A DNA stretch of 64,000 nucleotides from Lytechinus pictus (GCF_037042905.1 NC_087245.1:8682001-8746000); one strand, 5' to 3'. Counted from the stretch's first letter, positions 14,611 to 29,055 are shown. Numbers and translations are program-made. The notes: generated by a model from the sequence alone, not told the origin.

Positions 14611-15187
14611 CCCGGGGGGCACTTACATTGACGATAGGATACCATGCGCGACCAAAACAACATGTAAAACTAAAAAGGATGTCTTTTTCAAGATAGGGCA
14701 CATTACGTATGTAACGTAATAAGAGTGTCAAAAACACTAAAATAATGAAAAAAGGGTATCTATTTTCGCTAAGAAATCTACGTGTTTAGGGTCAATTTTG
14801 CGAGGGTATAAAAAAATTACTTGACTAAAATGTTTAAAGGATGTACTTTTTGCCCCAACGGTCAGTACTACGTGTTTAGAGTAAGATTTGGGCGCGGTGT
14901 GGGAGGTGGGGCCGTACTAATCCCAATGATGTAGGTAAAACCGACGACTGACGTCCGTGACATAACAATTAAAATATCGCTGTACTTGTTAATAGGGGTT
15001 CAATTCAGGGAATACTTGCAAAGAGTATCGTTTTGTTTCCAATACTTGTTAGGGTACGGTTTCACACGCCAATACTTGTTAAGGGGTGCATTTTTAGAAT
15101 ATGGAAAATACGTGTTTAGGGTGATTTTTGAGACCCCATGGTCACGCATGGTATCCACTTGTCAATAGAAGTGCCCCGCCCCCCGGG
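14611..15187. mobile_element. CCCGG-terminated MITE, 8-bp TSD
   Basis: Perfect TSD CTGTTTAG on both sides; ~40-bp TIRs. Confidence 0.85.
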
Positions 15188-15977
15188 CTGTTTAGTAAAT
15201 AGTCTGATTCCTACGTGTACAGTGTATATGTGTCCACTAGTCAGAGATTGAAGGACGATGAAGAGTATTCCAAAGGCTTGTAAGACCAAATATGAAATAA
15301 GGTTTGTTATTCTGAAGGTTTGATATTAAACCTGAAAATGAAAAACAGATACAGTGTCAATTCCAGGAAAATATCATAAAATGAAATACAAATAATTTGT
15401 ACAAAAAAACCCTAAGAAAATGGAAAGGGGTCAAGGAAGCTAAGATAATGCTTTACTGGTAGGGTTCCCCATCCCCCCCCCCCCCACCTCGCCCCCAAAT
15501 CAATTACAAAAAGTGGTAAATTCTAAGAAAGTAAAATATGTATATTTTTCAAGATGATATACAATTTTTATCAAATTTTCCTTTTCTGCATATTTGACTT
15601 TTCCTGCCCCATTCATTCATAGCTATTTTGATTTTGATTCACTGCTTTGCTTGATTGCATTCTTTCAAGATTCATGTAATTAACATTCATACCTCTCAAA
15701 GTCAATGCCACTATGGAGATCTTTATCTTGTACTTGTCTGTACAACGTACATACATGTACAGTGACAACATGTATGTTTTCAAACCTTCTGTCGGAGGGA
15801 AATGAGTCAGATCAAAAGTACATGGGTTGAGGCATTATCAGAGAAGAATTATAATCATGTATCAACTTTAAAGAGAGTACAATGCAACACAGTCACACAG
15901 TCAATTCAGTGAGCAAAGGCTTCAAAAATCATAAAAAATAAATTCAATCATAAATTGTACAAGTATATTAGTTTTAA

Positions 15978-16445
15978 AGGGATCGTCCGGGCTGAAAATA
16001 TTTATATCAAATAAAGTAAAATTCACAGAGCAAACGCTGAAAATTTTATCATAATCGGATAACAAATAACGAAGTTATTGAATTGAAAAGTTTATCAATA
16101 TTTTGTGAAAATAGTTAAATGCACATCGTCATGAATATTCATTAGGTGGGCTGATGATGTCACATCACCACTTTCCTTTTTCTTACATGTACATGTATAT
16201 TATTACATGAAATCATAATTGTTTCATTTTTACATACATGAGTAAGTGGGGATATGACATCATCAGCCAACCTAATGAATATTCATAAAGACATGCCTAG
16301 AACTGTTCCACTGGAATAATGCACATCTTTAAAATTCAATAACTTTGTTATTTGTTATCCGATTTTGATCAAATTTTCAGCATTTTGCTTTGGGAATTTT
16401 ACTCTATTTATTGAGATATAAATATCTCCAGCCTGGAGCATCCCT
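15978..16445. mobile_element. TTAA-TSD MITE (Kolobok-like), family B
   Basis: TTAA|AGGGAT...ATCCCT|TTAA; long TIRs; similar to 4640-5251. Confidence 0.8.
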
Positions 16446-18028
16446 TTAAGTATCGACACACAATGGAACATTGTGAAACAAGACTGAAACCATGATCTTG
16501 ACAGACTGGCATGCTTATCAATTTTTTGGCAAATCACCAGTAGCGTATGGAAAGGAGTAGTTACAGGGGTTCAACCCCCCCCTTAAATTATTTTGAAGAC
16601 TTTTTTTGCTTGTCAATTTTTTTTTAAGGTACGAAGAGATGTAAAATTTGTGATGAAGACCTTTCTTTTTTTTTTGCTTGTCAATTTTCTGGAAATGAAT
16701 GTTTAAACTTGGGCTTTATGAGCCAGATTAATTGGAATTAATAGTTTATCTCCCTCCATTTTTTGGAAATGAATGTTTAAACTTGGGCTTCATGAGCCAG
16801 ATTAATTGGAATTAATATTTTATCTCCCTCCATTTCCCATCCTTAAAATAGACAACCCACTTTGCAATCAAACTTTACCAAATGACATGCTAGCAAGCAT
16901 TATTTACAACATCTCTGAAATAACAAATCAAGGCAGAAAGTGAGAGAGATCCTTTGACAGTTATCCCTCGATCTCATGCAAATCACCCTATATTAAGGAG
17001 TATTAAATGTGAATGTATACCGTACTGTCTCAATACACATTTTCTTTCATGGTAGTACATACTGATCTAACCCAAGTCAATAATATTTGCTCACGAAGTC
17101 ATCTTGGAAACTTGTCAGTATCCCACTTTCCCCTTTGTCACCGCTGCCTTTGCCTTTGGCAGTAAGAAAAAGTAGGCTACAGTGTACAGACCATCTCAAG
17201 GGGCCCCCACATAGAAAAGCACTGTATTTACATCCATTAGAAATGCACCTGAGGTCAGGTCCTGAAGGAAAAAAAATGGGCATAGGGAGCTTTAATGTAC
17301 AACTGTACAACCACATGATGGACACAATAGCTTGCTATACAAGACAGGCAACAACACAATGGCATATGGTTTTATTTGTAACTTTTTGGTATTACGTTTA
17401 TTCAACTTTAATCAAATATCAGATTCATTGTTTATTAGGCCTACTATTTTCTCAATTTTTTTTCTTCTAAAAAACAGTACATGTTTTAATACCATATATA
17501 CCTAACCATTTAATACGACATTCATTTTGAGAATCCCATGCTGCAGCATACCCCTTGTAGGGTCGGTCACCCTTGGCTGCAGGAAACCTTGGTAATAAAA
17601 ACTGGTATCATTCACTTCACATCTACTCAAGATAAAAAGAAGGAATGGATCTGACAGAAAATAAAGATTTACATAATGAAGAAAGTACCACAACAAGGTC
17701 CTACAATCTGGTTACTATCTATAGGTAAAACCTCATAAAACCATAATACATTTATTTGTAATGTGTATTATTTTGCTGATTGAGGATGCACTTTCATACT
17801 GTGAACAACATTTTTGTCAATACACTGCACGCAACTTGTGTGATACATGTATGTATCCTTCCCTAGGGTTTTGGTCATCTTGCTAGAAAGCCTACATGTA
17901 CAATGTAATATTACAACATGATTACAAAAAAAACATGATTATAACCTTTAGTACATGTTAATCATTATAAAAAAAATACATAATGACCTAGTACTTTACT
18001 ACTCATGACTGCAAACAGTCAAAATTAA

Positions 18029-18415
18029 AGGTAAAAGACAGAAGTTGCAGCAAACAATTATTTCATGAGAAAATCTTTTAAATCAAGGTTGATTGCCAGA
18101 ATATTATCATACATCAAGATCTGGAAAATTAAAACTTATCTTTGTAAAGTCATGAAATCTTAGCTCAAAATTGATATAATTCTGATGATCACTAACACAT
18201 AAAAGCATACATGGGACAGTGTATTGCTTTGATACCCAACATTTGATGAAATTCTGTGGTTATTTTGCTCATTTCTCAGCAATCACACATTTTCTTCCAG
18301 AGCTACATTATTTTGCACATATATTTATTTATACATACAGACATTTTGGTGGTAATTTCATTGGATTCTTTTCGAACTCCTTTTGAGATCATTATACCAC
18401 AACTGGTATTTATCT
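18029..18415. mobile_element. TTAA-flanked MITE (Kolobok-like)
   Basis: TTAA|AGGTAAAAGACAGAAGTTG ... CAACTGGTATTTATCT|TTAA, degenerate TIRs. Confidence 0.55.
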
Positions 18416-19110
18416 TTAACCCCCTCAACCTCAACTATTACGACTATTCAAGGATTCTACAACATCACACTTTGAATACCGGTATCTAGTAGAGAGGGAG
18501 AGAGAGATAGAGAGAGAGAGAAAGATTAATGGACAGATACATGTAGGATAACGCAAAAAAATGTCCCAAAGGACAGCACAAACTACTACATGTGTATACA
18601 TGAAGGCTGTTATTCAACTATCATTCATATTCAATATAAATGGAGAATTTGGAGTTCTCATACTATGTACAATACAGGCCTACATGTATGTGCATTCCCC
18701 GGATCATGTACATGTAGAGTGAAGTGTTTACTCCAATTCTCTTTCCAATAATAGTCACACTGCAAACCCCTACTCTTGATCAGCACACAAACCCATCAAT
18801 CTACCACTCAGAGTCTGAGCCAGAGTCAGAGAGAGAGAAATCCTGATGACAGTGTATACACATATCCCCATTCGGGTTGTGACGCACATGGGCTCCAGCT
18901 AAAATTACCCTCCGACGGTGATTTGGGATCTCCTTTGCTTGCCTGGCTGCAAACTGGCCATGCGCTGCAACGCAATTTATTCTGCAGGTGAAGTCCAAAT
19001 ACATACCCCCCTCCCCCTTCATCCTTGAGTCCCCTCAATACTTGTACAGTATGTACATTGATGTTACATTGTTGCCTGTGTACATGTACGTAGATCATAC
19101 ATGTACTGTA

Positions 19111-19629
19111 TGGTAGGGGGTCCTAAAGCTACGCGGGTCCTAAAGCTACGCACCACTCATCGCGCATGCAGTTTTCAATGGCAAATGCGCACTCTGTGTG
19201 TGGAACTGTGACTGCAGAGTGACGAACAATTCCTATTCATTTTTTTTCAACAGAGGCTGCAATAAATCTCTAAATGCAGAGAAAAACCAACAACTGTTTG
19301 GAATTTCGGAGTTATATTCACTTTAATTTCATATATCCTATAATAATGTGAACATATTTTAGAAGTTGAGGCACAGGAAATACTATTTTTTGCATGATAA
19401 ATCGAGTGCGTAGCTTTAGGACCCCTTCTACATTGGGTGGCGAAATCAAGAGGGGTTCCGAAAACACGGCGGGATTTTCGTATTACGTGAGTTTTGCGTT
19501 ATTTTCTTCATGGTTAATGATCTTTAGAATATTTGCCACAAATTGGTGAAAGATAATTTGTTCAAATATTGAAATTGGCATAGTTTTTATCGTTTGAAAA
19601 CAAAGTGCGTAGCTTTAGGTCCCCCATCA
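19111..19629. mobile_element. TA-flanked MITE with repeated CCTAAAGCTACGC subterminal motifs
   Basis: GGGGGTCCTAAAGCTACGC ... GCGTAGCTTTAGGTCCCCC; motif occurs four times. Confidence 0.75.
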
Positions 19630-20775
19630 TACATGTATCTGGCCTACAGGCCTATTGATATACATGTAGTCTCTCTCTCTCTTTCCTACACCTGACAGAT
19701 TTCTTTCTACATGACAGCACAGGGTATCCTCAATGTATCACAATCATACTTGAAATGTTAAAGAAATTATGTTGTTTCCCCAAAATAATAAATACATATT
19801 AAGAATGTACTGCAAGCCTACACATGTAAATCATGCATTACCAAAGGAGAAAAATGCAGACCTCATGGTAAAGATGATGGGAAAAGAGTCTTGCACACAT
19901 AATTGTGAAAAAATATAATGTATGCCGATATCATACAGTGCAAATATTGTCAGTAGTTCAACTTCAGAACTACATGTACATACATGAATCTTATGTACGA
20001 AAGCATGCTGAAGAGTATGTATGTACCGTGCACAAGCCTTCTGTATTCAAATTATGAATTGATGGCATGTACATAGAATAAAATCATTAAGCACTTAATA
20101 TCTGATACATGCATAACGTTTACAATGTCTCTTGTTTAAATGAGTTTTATTAAGGAATGCACTTGACACTATAAATTTCTCATGGAGCCTCTAAAATTAA
20201 TTCCCACAACCGTGTCACTTTGAACAATCTTGGCTGCAAATGTTTTCATGTTTGCTATTGCCAAAGAGCTCCCACCGAAATGGTTTATCGGGCAATTCTC
20301 CTGTATGCCTTGTTGAAACGATGGTCATAACCCTCAATACATGTACACTGTACATGTAAATGTCACTTACATTAAGATGTTCCTCTCATTTGTCTCTTTG
20401 TCCTTTCTGCGTATTTCATTAATTGTGCAGGTGTAAAAATAAACTTTCCAAGTGGGTGTTTCATAAAGCTGTTTGTAAGTTATGAATGAGTTTACACATG
20501 ACCTTTCTATTAAGCTGCACTATTTTTGTTCTGCATTGTAAAAACTAATGTGGACTATGTACATAATTTAACATTTTTCTTGCCAAGCTGCATCATACAG
20601 AATGCATTCGATCCAAATTAATCTAGGGTGAATTTATTATAGGGGTGTGAGTTGTGACTTGTGAGATCACAACAGGTGATGTACTGTACAATGTAACCAG
20701 GAATCAACCATACTGGTTGCTCGGTCACTATTACAGGTGTAATAACTCCATAGCTTCAGTATGCCTTCACACCTG

Positions 20776-20905
20776 GGTCCCGTAACACAAAGGTTAGCGA
20801 TTGATCGTACGCTTTATTTTTACAATTGATTGTACACTGTAGTCAATGGAATCAATCGTAGAAAAATTGTTCTACGATCATTGCTAAGTTTTGTGTTACG
20901 GGCCC
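20776..20905. mobile_element. Small hairpin MITE, CWG flanks (PIF/Harbinger-like)
   Basis: CTG|GGTCCCGTAACACAAA ... TTTGTGTTACGGGCCC|CAG. Confidence 0.7.
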
Positions 20906-23265
20906 CAGATGTCATATTTACTCATAAAACACCCTCAGCATATACATGTATATCACATTTACATTTAATAGTTCTTCTACAGGTGCTCTCTAAAAGATGA
21001 ATTTCAAGAAATTTTAGTTGACATTACACTACTGTAATATAAATATCATGTACAAAATTTGGGACTTTAAATCTTGGTGTCATATCCTGGCAAAGCAAAT
21101 GAAAATCTGTAATCGGGTCTCCGCACAAGTTCAAGCAGAAATATGAAATTTCAGGATAACCTCAATTACACAGGACAGAGGGGTGAATGCAAAAACATCT
21201 GACAATTCTCGTTTTGAAATCAAAACTAATTAAATCATGAAACAAGATGAAATGAAACCTGGGCATTCTTCAGATTTTATTGTATGTCACATCAAATGGC
21301 AATAACTATGCATTCATGTTGGATATCTATATAGGAAGGGAGTTGTTTTAATGGCTCTCCATGGCAACAAAACTGACACAAACTGCAGTAAATGTAACCT
21401 TTATTACTTCGCAGACCTATGTCAACAAGGTATACAGCCAAGCTGACACTTCATCCTTCAGTTTTTAAATGATTTTTGTTTTTCGTTCCAATCAATCAAC
21501 ATCAGGAAATAGGAAGACTGGGAAATAACCTCACCCTTGCTTATTAAAAGCATGACCAACTTTCATCAAGAAAGGTTTGTAAAGTCTAAACAAATTGTAC
21601 AAAAGTAAAATAAATTCTGTGTGCAAATAAATATTTCAATGTATCACAAAACAGAATTCCTTGCTAATACAAGATCATCAAGATGCATTATTGACCATTG
21701 ATTTGCTCCAAATACACCTCACTTGGACTTTGGCAAAGTACAATATCACACAAATAGGATTTACTGTATTGACCTGATATCTTTGCTATTTAAATATTCA
21801 CTGTTTACAAGTAACGGACACAAGATACAGAAGAAAGCAACAAGAACATGTAATGTTTTGCATTTGTCATCCAAAACTGTAGTGTACCCACCTATCTTCT
21901 GTCCCTGTGTTTAGTCTTTAAAAAGCCAGGAAAAAAAGTCCCAATCTCCTTTCACCCATGATTCTTCTTCAAACCTTTTGATGCAAAGACTCATTAAGAC
22001 AATACATGCTTGTTTGTTTTGGAGTGCATGTACATGTACCGTACTCCAAAGTATGGAAAGTTAAAACTTGAAAGAACACACTTTTTTTGAGAAAATATTG
22101 ACTGGAATCAGGAACACTATTCATGAAATGTTTACTTACAAGTAAATTACAATACAAATTTCATCCCCAACCTACTGGTCAGTGGTCACCATCTGATACC
22201 AAGAATCTGACCTTTCAGACAGAGACATGTGGTTTGAACAAAATACAGAGTTTTTAAAGGACCCCCAAAAAAAAAAAAAAAAAAAAAAAAATAGCTCCTT
22301 CTTTATCAAATACCGTATGTAGGTTTTAATATAAAGAAAGAAAGTTTGGGCAAGATAGTTTGGCAAGGATGTTCCTCCATGAACACTCTAATAAATGAAC
22401 ATACACGTACATGTACCTGTCAAATTATAAATAAAATGTCACGTAAATCATGCATTAATGACATGTTGTCATTCCAAAATAACAGTAAAAAGTGTACCTT
22501 GACATGAGGTTGATAATATTTACAGTATGTAACCTACTGTACATGCATAGAGCTATTCCATGCTACATGTGTACAACATATGAAGATCTATAGTTTTAGT
22601 TTATAAAAGAATCATATTCTCATTTTTTAAATTCACTTCAAGGATTCTACAATAGATATTAAGAATTAGAAATATAAAGGATTTAATAGTTTGCAATTAT
22701 GCAATTAATCTATTAAGCAATGAATGTATAGGAACACTCCACTTAATTTATTTTACTCAGACTCCACTTCATTACAAAGTTATTGTATGATTTTTAAAGG
22801 GCATTAAGTATTCTTTGGTGTATTTGTGTGTGTTAACAGTAAAAGTATTTGATTGACAGTGTTAATTAATCTCCTGAACTTTCTTTTCAATTTAATATTA
22901 ATTTTGAGCAAATGGAAACTAAAATAATTTGAAAAAAAGTGGAGCGCCTCTGGCAGTCACCTGCATTACGTGATTCAATACAGCAGCAGTCCTGACTTTG
23001 AAAAGGACTATAGAATAATCATTCACAAATAACACCATAAAATACTAAATGCTCATTGACCCTAAATGACAGTCATTTGACCTTGATCGTGTGACCGAAG
23101 ACTTGGGCAGGACAATCAGTGTCACTTTATTACCCTTACATGTATGTCCACATTTCATGAACTAGAGCCATAAACTTTCAAAGTTATGATGGGAATTTAA
23201 CATACTAGTACCCCTAACATGGACAAATTTCACTGACCTTGGTCATGTGACCTCAGGGGCGTAAC

Positions 23266-23452
23266 CATAGGCGGCGGAAGCGGGGACCTGTGGGGGGATA
23301 ATCCCCCCTAAATTTGTAGATGATAACCTTTTTTTTTTTTTTTTTTTGCTTGTCAAAAAACATTTGTTGGTCCCCCCTAAAATTTTGGTTGATAACCTTT
23401 TTTTTTTTTTTTGGTGGTCCCCCCCTAAATTTTTTGGCTTCCGCCGCCAATG
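23266..23452. mobile_element. Small MITE inserted in the host TIR
   Basis: CATAGGCGGCGGAAGC ... GCTTCCGCCGCCAATG; duplication GGCGTAAC/GGCGTAC. Confidence 0.75.
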
Positions 23453-23527
23453 GGCGTACAGGGGTCGGTGGCCAGGGGGGGGGCAAGAGCCAAAAATTTC
23501 CCAGTCATATTTTGGAACAGGCAATAG

Positions 23528-24851
23528 CAGGCCTCTACAAAAAAAAATTTGTCACTTGCCCTGTTGGGCAAGTGATGAAAAAATGTGCTTGCCCGATAGA
23601 AAAAACTGCTTGCCCAATTTGTTTTAAAATATTTGTTATTATGACGGCACTACTCTTATTTTTAAAGGTCATACAAACTAACAACAATTGAGAATCATGT
23701 ACAGTATAAAAGAACACACAATAAAAAGTTTATTTTCAGCAACGGAGGCCTGAGTCATTACGTTTGTTTTGAAAAAAACTTTTTGCTATTTATAAATGGG
23801 CGTTTACGGTTTTTAAAAAAAAACTTCACCAAAAGTTGCTAAAATTTCATGTTTGGCATCTTTAAATCCACGAAATGGTTATCTGTTTGCCATATTTCCT
23901 TAGAATTGTTTTGATTTAGTTGGAAATTATAAAGAAAGCCCGTGAAAAATATTCAGCTCTTTATTGACTCTGAAAAAGATCGTTTTATGATGTAAAAAAA
24001 AGTAATAATAAAATCATCAAAAGTGGAGTGGCTAAAATTTCACATTTTGCATCTTTAAATCCATGAAATGTTCATTTATTTTCCATATTTCCTTGATTTT
24101 TTTTAAAATTAGTTGGAAACTATCAAGAAAATTAAGAATATTCTACTCTCTCTTGTCTTTTCTTCATCATTTTATGTTACACTCGGTCAATATTTTTCTT
24201 TATTGTAGTCCCGCATGTAGACTTTCATGGTGTTGCAACATTAACAGAAAACGATCGTTGATCGTTTTGATCGTTTTACACTTGGTCAACACCATGAAAG
24301 TCTACATGTGGGACCACAATAATAAAAAACATTTACCGAGTGTAACATTATCATAAATCAGAGTCAAGAAAGAGCTGAATATTCTTCATTTTTTGGTAGT
24401 TTCCAACTAAATCAAAACAATTTCAAGGTAATATGGAAAATAGATGGCCATTTCATGGATTTTTGCAAAATGTGAAATTTTAGCCACTTTTGGTGTTTTT
24501 TGGGGGGCTTGCATCGGCAAATTGCGCAAGATACTGTTAGCAGCGCATGCGCAGTCATTGCACACATAGAACCTAAGATGCGATGGCACGGTTTTTCGAA
24601 CGAGGTACCTGGCGATAAATTATTGGTAATTGGCGCTGATTTTACATCAGTTTCCACTGTTGTTTGACATAATATTAGAGATACACTGTAGTTGTGATTA
24701 TCCAAAAGATATTGAAATTTAGAGGGTCTACTGATATGTTTATTATTTAATTCCAAAACAACCACTTGCCCGATCGGGCAATTGACTTTAAGAAATGCTT
24801 GCCTGCACGTCATTTTCACTTGCCCCGGGCAAGCGGGTTTGTCGCGCCCTG
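23528..24851. mobile_element. hAT-like element (8-bp TSD GGCAATAG)
   Basis: CAGG...CCTG termini, perfect TSD, repeated CTTGCCC/GGGCAA subterminal motifs. Confidence 0.8.
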
Positions 24852-26758
24852 GGCAATAGCGTCATGAGGCAAACATTTTGAGGGGGCAATATGGTGTATC
24901 GGGCAAAAATAAAAATGCGAGCGAGCGAGAAAAATTTTTGACATTTTTTTTTTTAAAATCCAATTTTGTGATAGATTTTAACATAATGTTAAAAAGATAA
25001 TATCATATTTCACCCTTCTCTCTTCTTTTTTTTGTACGCTACGGTGAACAGGATTTTTGATATGATTGTGCGCATCAGGGCAAAGCTCTATATGCTCGAG
25101 GGGGCCCATGGCGCGTGTGGCAAGAAGTAACTTAATATAAATCCCGAGCGAGCGAAGCGAGCGAGATAAAAAAAATCACCTTTTCATGAGAATCTAACAT
25201 GAAGATAGATTTTGACATGATATTCAGAAAAAAATAATACACTTTTCCTTTGCTTTTCTTTCTTTACTTCTTTTTTTGTGTGTTTGGTTGTAGAAATTAT
25301 GGGGGCCATAGTCCAAACTTATCCATACAACAGTGCTATGTGGGTGGGGTCCAGGGCGGAGCCCCGGAACCTCTTGATATTAAAGCCATTTTAAACCTTA
25401 CAGATGGCCACCAATTTTAATCAAATTGCGTGTATATTTATAAAGCTTTCAGCATTTCACACAACACATAAATTCAATATAGTTGTGTACCGTACGGTAA
25501 TTAATCATCCAAACATTTTGAGGGGGCACACATTAGCAAATGTGGAAAAATTTGTTTAAAAAAAATTTGTTTTAAGTCGCCACCGAGCGAAGCGAGCCTG
25601 AAAGAAAAAGGGTCTTTTGAAATGAAATTATAATTATGTATTTTTTCATTCATCTCATTTCGCTGCCTCCTTCATTTTCTTTTATGAAGAGCCCCCACTG
25701 CACGGGGTCTTGGACTGAGCCCCCGGTAGCTTTGGAGATTTCGCATTAAGTTTATACGACATTATGCTACATGTATATACCATCATCTTTCTTCCCGCTT
25801 GTTATCTTCAATCCTCGGCAGCCCGGTAGTGTTATCTTGTCCCTTTTCTTTATTTTCCAATTTATTCAATTCAATTCAATTTTTCAATTTATTTCATTTT
25901 CAACAGAACAAAGTAATGTGGTTGAAATAATTACAATGAACTTATACAGACAAAATAAATTGAGGCATGAACAATGATATTTATCTATAAGTAAAAGTAA
26001 AACAAAACAGAGTATATATAACTTATAAGCAAAATATCATAAACATTATAAATAAAATTTATATTTTGGCTCATTCCATTCTTCCTTCATTTTCCGCTTT
26101 TGTTTGCCTTTTTGTCATCTTTAATTTATTTCCGTCTTACTAATCATGCTAATGTATTTGCATATCGGGGAAAATTGTTTTTTTTTCACATGTTCCTCTT
26201 TCCTTCCTTTTCCTGTTTTCTTTCCGTTTTCCCTTTTTATGTTTTTTCTTAGTTTTCTTTTCCCTTTCCTTTCCCCCTTTCCTCTTTTTTTCCTATCCTT
26301 TCCCTTTCCATTTCTTTAATTCTTTATCCCCCTTTTTTTTTCTTTTTTCCCGTTTTTTTTTAATTTTCCCAGTGAACTCCACCAGAGGGGCAGCTTACCC
26401 CTCCCTGCCCCCCCCCCCCCCCCCCGCCTGTTATGCCACTGTGTGACCTGAAACTCATGCAGGATGTTCACTGCTTGATTACTAAATGTCTAAGTTTCAT
26501 AAACTAGATCCATATACGTTCAGAGTTGACATTTAAAAAACTTAACCTTGGTTTTATTTTTTTATTCCCCGAGCATAATTTAGGTTCATTGACCCTATTT
26601 TTGGCCTTTGACCTTGGTCATGTGACCTGAAACGCATAAAAGGAAACGCAAGAAAGATGTTCAGTGACATTTCAAAAAAAAATATTAGCCTTAAAAGGGT
26701 TTTGTTACAGGTATACACTACATGTTTGGATTTTCAAACTGTAAAACAGAAAACAAAC

Positions 26759-26898
26759 CTGATACATCACTGTCCGAGCGTATCTTGATGCCTCGGATAG
26801 TAACTGGCTCTGATCTCCCTGTTCCATCTCCTCTGTACGGATAACTGTCCTTCAGTCGACTGGAGAGGGCTTCCTCTCCCTCTAAATCCGTTTCATTC
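26759..26898 (-). CDS. Candidate internal exon of the minus-strand gene (NETDLEGEEALSSRLKDSYPYRGDGTGRSEPVTIRGIKIRSDSDVS)
   Basis: GC-richer non-repetitive 140-nt block, acceptor ttctttattaaaag, donor CAG|GTTTGT, open frame, phase 2 to phase 1. Confidence 0.65.
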
Positions 26899-27648
26899 CT
26901 TTTAATAAAGAAAGTTAAATATTGCTTTTTCGTTACAATGATTTTAAATATGAATAATACATGTATGAATGTACAAAAAACATGGTAATCATTTACAGGT
27001 ACACATTATTCTGATCATCTTGTATTTTTCCCACTTTTTGGCTTTAACCCTATCTAGGCGGGTATTTTTGGAGTTCATATGGCCGGGGGGGGGGGGGCCT
27101 CCCAGGCCCCCCCCCCTTGAGATCTCAGCCGTCGACTGCGCGATCGCGCCTAAAATTGGCACACGGGTTGTCTGGGACAAAATCTACAAAATTGCATAGT
27201 AATTTATTTCATACGAATTGATTTTAAGTGATTATACTACATGTAATTTATGCGTAATTAGTATGCGAAATCATACTTTTTCCTCTAACTCCCTAAATAA
27301 AGCTCTTTGTGGTGTTATTAGCAAGAGTACATGAACAAAATTGTGATATCAAATCTTTTTCTAATGTATTATATTGTTTTTTGCAATTTCTTATGTATTT
27401 CTCTGTTTTTTTTACCTTATGTTTTTCATTGTTTTTTCAATGAAAATTGTTGAGGACTCTTCTGAGATCATAAAAAGCATAAAATAAATACATTTAGACC
27501 AGCAAAACTAAAAATAATCATAAATTTATGATTTTTGGTTGAAAACACAATTTGCATTTACTTTGTACACAAAATCACGTTTTTGAGCAATTTTTGGTCT
27601 GACATGCACTTACATAATGTTGCGTAATTTCGGAACCACATACCTGGG

Positions 27649-27795
27649 CAGGGGCCGCGGAACCGGGGGGGGGGGGGGGGGGCTAAAACCGTGTACAAAA
27701 ATGACCATATGATTGTGATTTTTAGCATGGTTAGCCCCCCCACTTTTGGCTCAGCCCCCCCCCCCCCCACTTTGAAAACCGTTCCGCGGCCCCTG
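27649..27795. mobile_element. Small MITE inside a piggyBac-like fragment (TTAA|CCC at 27048)
   Basis: TIR CAGGGGCCGCGGAAC / GTTCCGCGGCCCCTG; CTGGG on both flanks. Confidence 0.7.
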
Positions 27796-28719
27796 CTGGG
27801 GGACGCAAAATTATTATTTTTGATCGAGAAATATCGCATGCAACATTAAGTTACAATAGCCCCCTACCTCTTGTAAATTTTCTTGTATTTTTGTAAGGAA
27901 GTTAACAGAACGCAAAGATAAGAGAATTTTCAGAATACCTTTTATCTCGATATGTTATCTTGCGCACATAGATATTTAGGCGTCGTTTTTAACTTACGCA
28001 TCATTATAGCTCTGACAGCATACGCGCTCAGTGAAAGTTACAAGAAAATTTACAAAAAAAGATACAAGAATTTTCAGAATACATGATTTTATTGTAACTC
28101 CAAAGATACAAGAATATTTCTCTTAAGACAATTTTCAGAATACGGCCCCAGTTTTACATGAAAAAGCAAGAGGCCAACAGATTGTTATATTACATCTATA
28201 GCAGTCCTTCACGTTTATAATTTCGTGGAGCTCAATAAATCGCTCTCCTTATTTTTTTGAGGAGCTCAATTGAGCTCCTCAGAAGCTCCTCAGAATCCTC
28301 AGAATCGCTCTCCTTGAGGAGCTCAAATAAATTCAATACAATACATGTATGATAAATTGTAGATTTTTCTTAACATCGTACATGTATATATGCAATAGCT
28401 GTGTAGCTATTAATTAATCTGTGGTGAAACCAAGCCTGGGTCAATAGTACGTTGACAAAATATCGCGCTCCACAAAGGTGGGTCCATGGAAATCGTGTTT
28501 AATGCACTCACACAACATGCGAGGTTAGTATACTAACCTCGCGCAACGCATGTCATTTCATAATGAATTTTGACGTTTTCATTCATCACACGAATGTGAG
28601 AATATGAAATACGCCTAAATCTTCACAATACACTAAATTTAGTTATCTTAATCTTCTAATGTAATCTAATTTAAAAATCAGTACGAACATATCTATAAAA
28701 ATGGATTTTAAACGCTTAC

Positions 28720-28745
28720 CTCCAAATCTCAGCCAGTAACTCCAT
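28720..28745 (-). CDS. Candidate first coding exon of an unidentified minus-strand gene (MELLAEIW+AG)
   Basis: ATG at 28745, AG|GTAAGC donor; phase 2 matches the exon at 26759-26898. Confidence 0.45.
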
Positions 28746-29055
28746 CCGATCCTTAATACTGCGGTGGAAATTACGCAAACAACAATCGAAATGCGAATTT
28801 TTCCTATCGAACAGTCTAGATTCAAGTCGCCGGCGCATAATAGGAAATCGTACCAAAAACAGGTAGCATGTCACGTGTATAATCGCTGATGGCGCTACAT
28901 CATAAAATAACGGTGAACAGCGAAAAAAATGCGGAGCGCCTAGAACGCAACCAGCAGTACAGCTGATCTGACGTCAACGACGCAAACAAGCAAGTTTATT
29001 AAATAATATCGCGCGCCCTCTCTGTGCGTATAGAGAGAACCAGCGAATCGGCCCC
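28746..29055. promoter_or_regulatory. CpG-enriched putative bidirectional promoter
   Basis: Lies between two divergent ATG+GTAAG exon candidates; E-box GTCACGTG (28870-28877), YY1-like GATGGCG, CRE TGACGTCA (28969-28976). Confidence 0.4.

Larger units (their letters stand above)
23254..26441. mobile_element. hAT-like non-autonomous element (8-bp TSD TGTGACCT) with nested insertions
   Basis: CAGGGGCGTAAC ... GTTATGCCACTG; perfect TSD; same family, opposite orientation, as 29925-31518. Confidence 0.8.
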
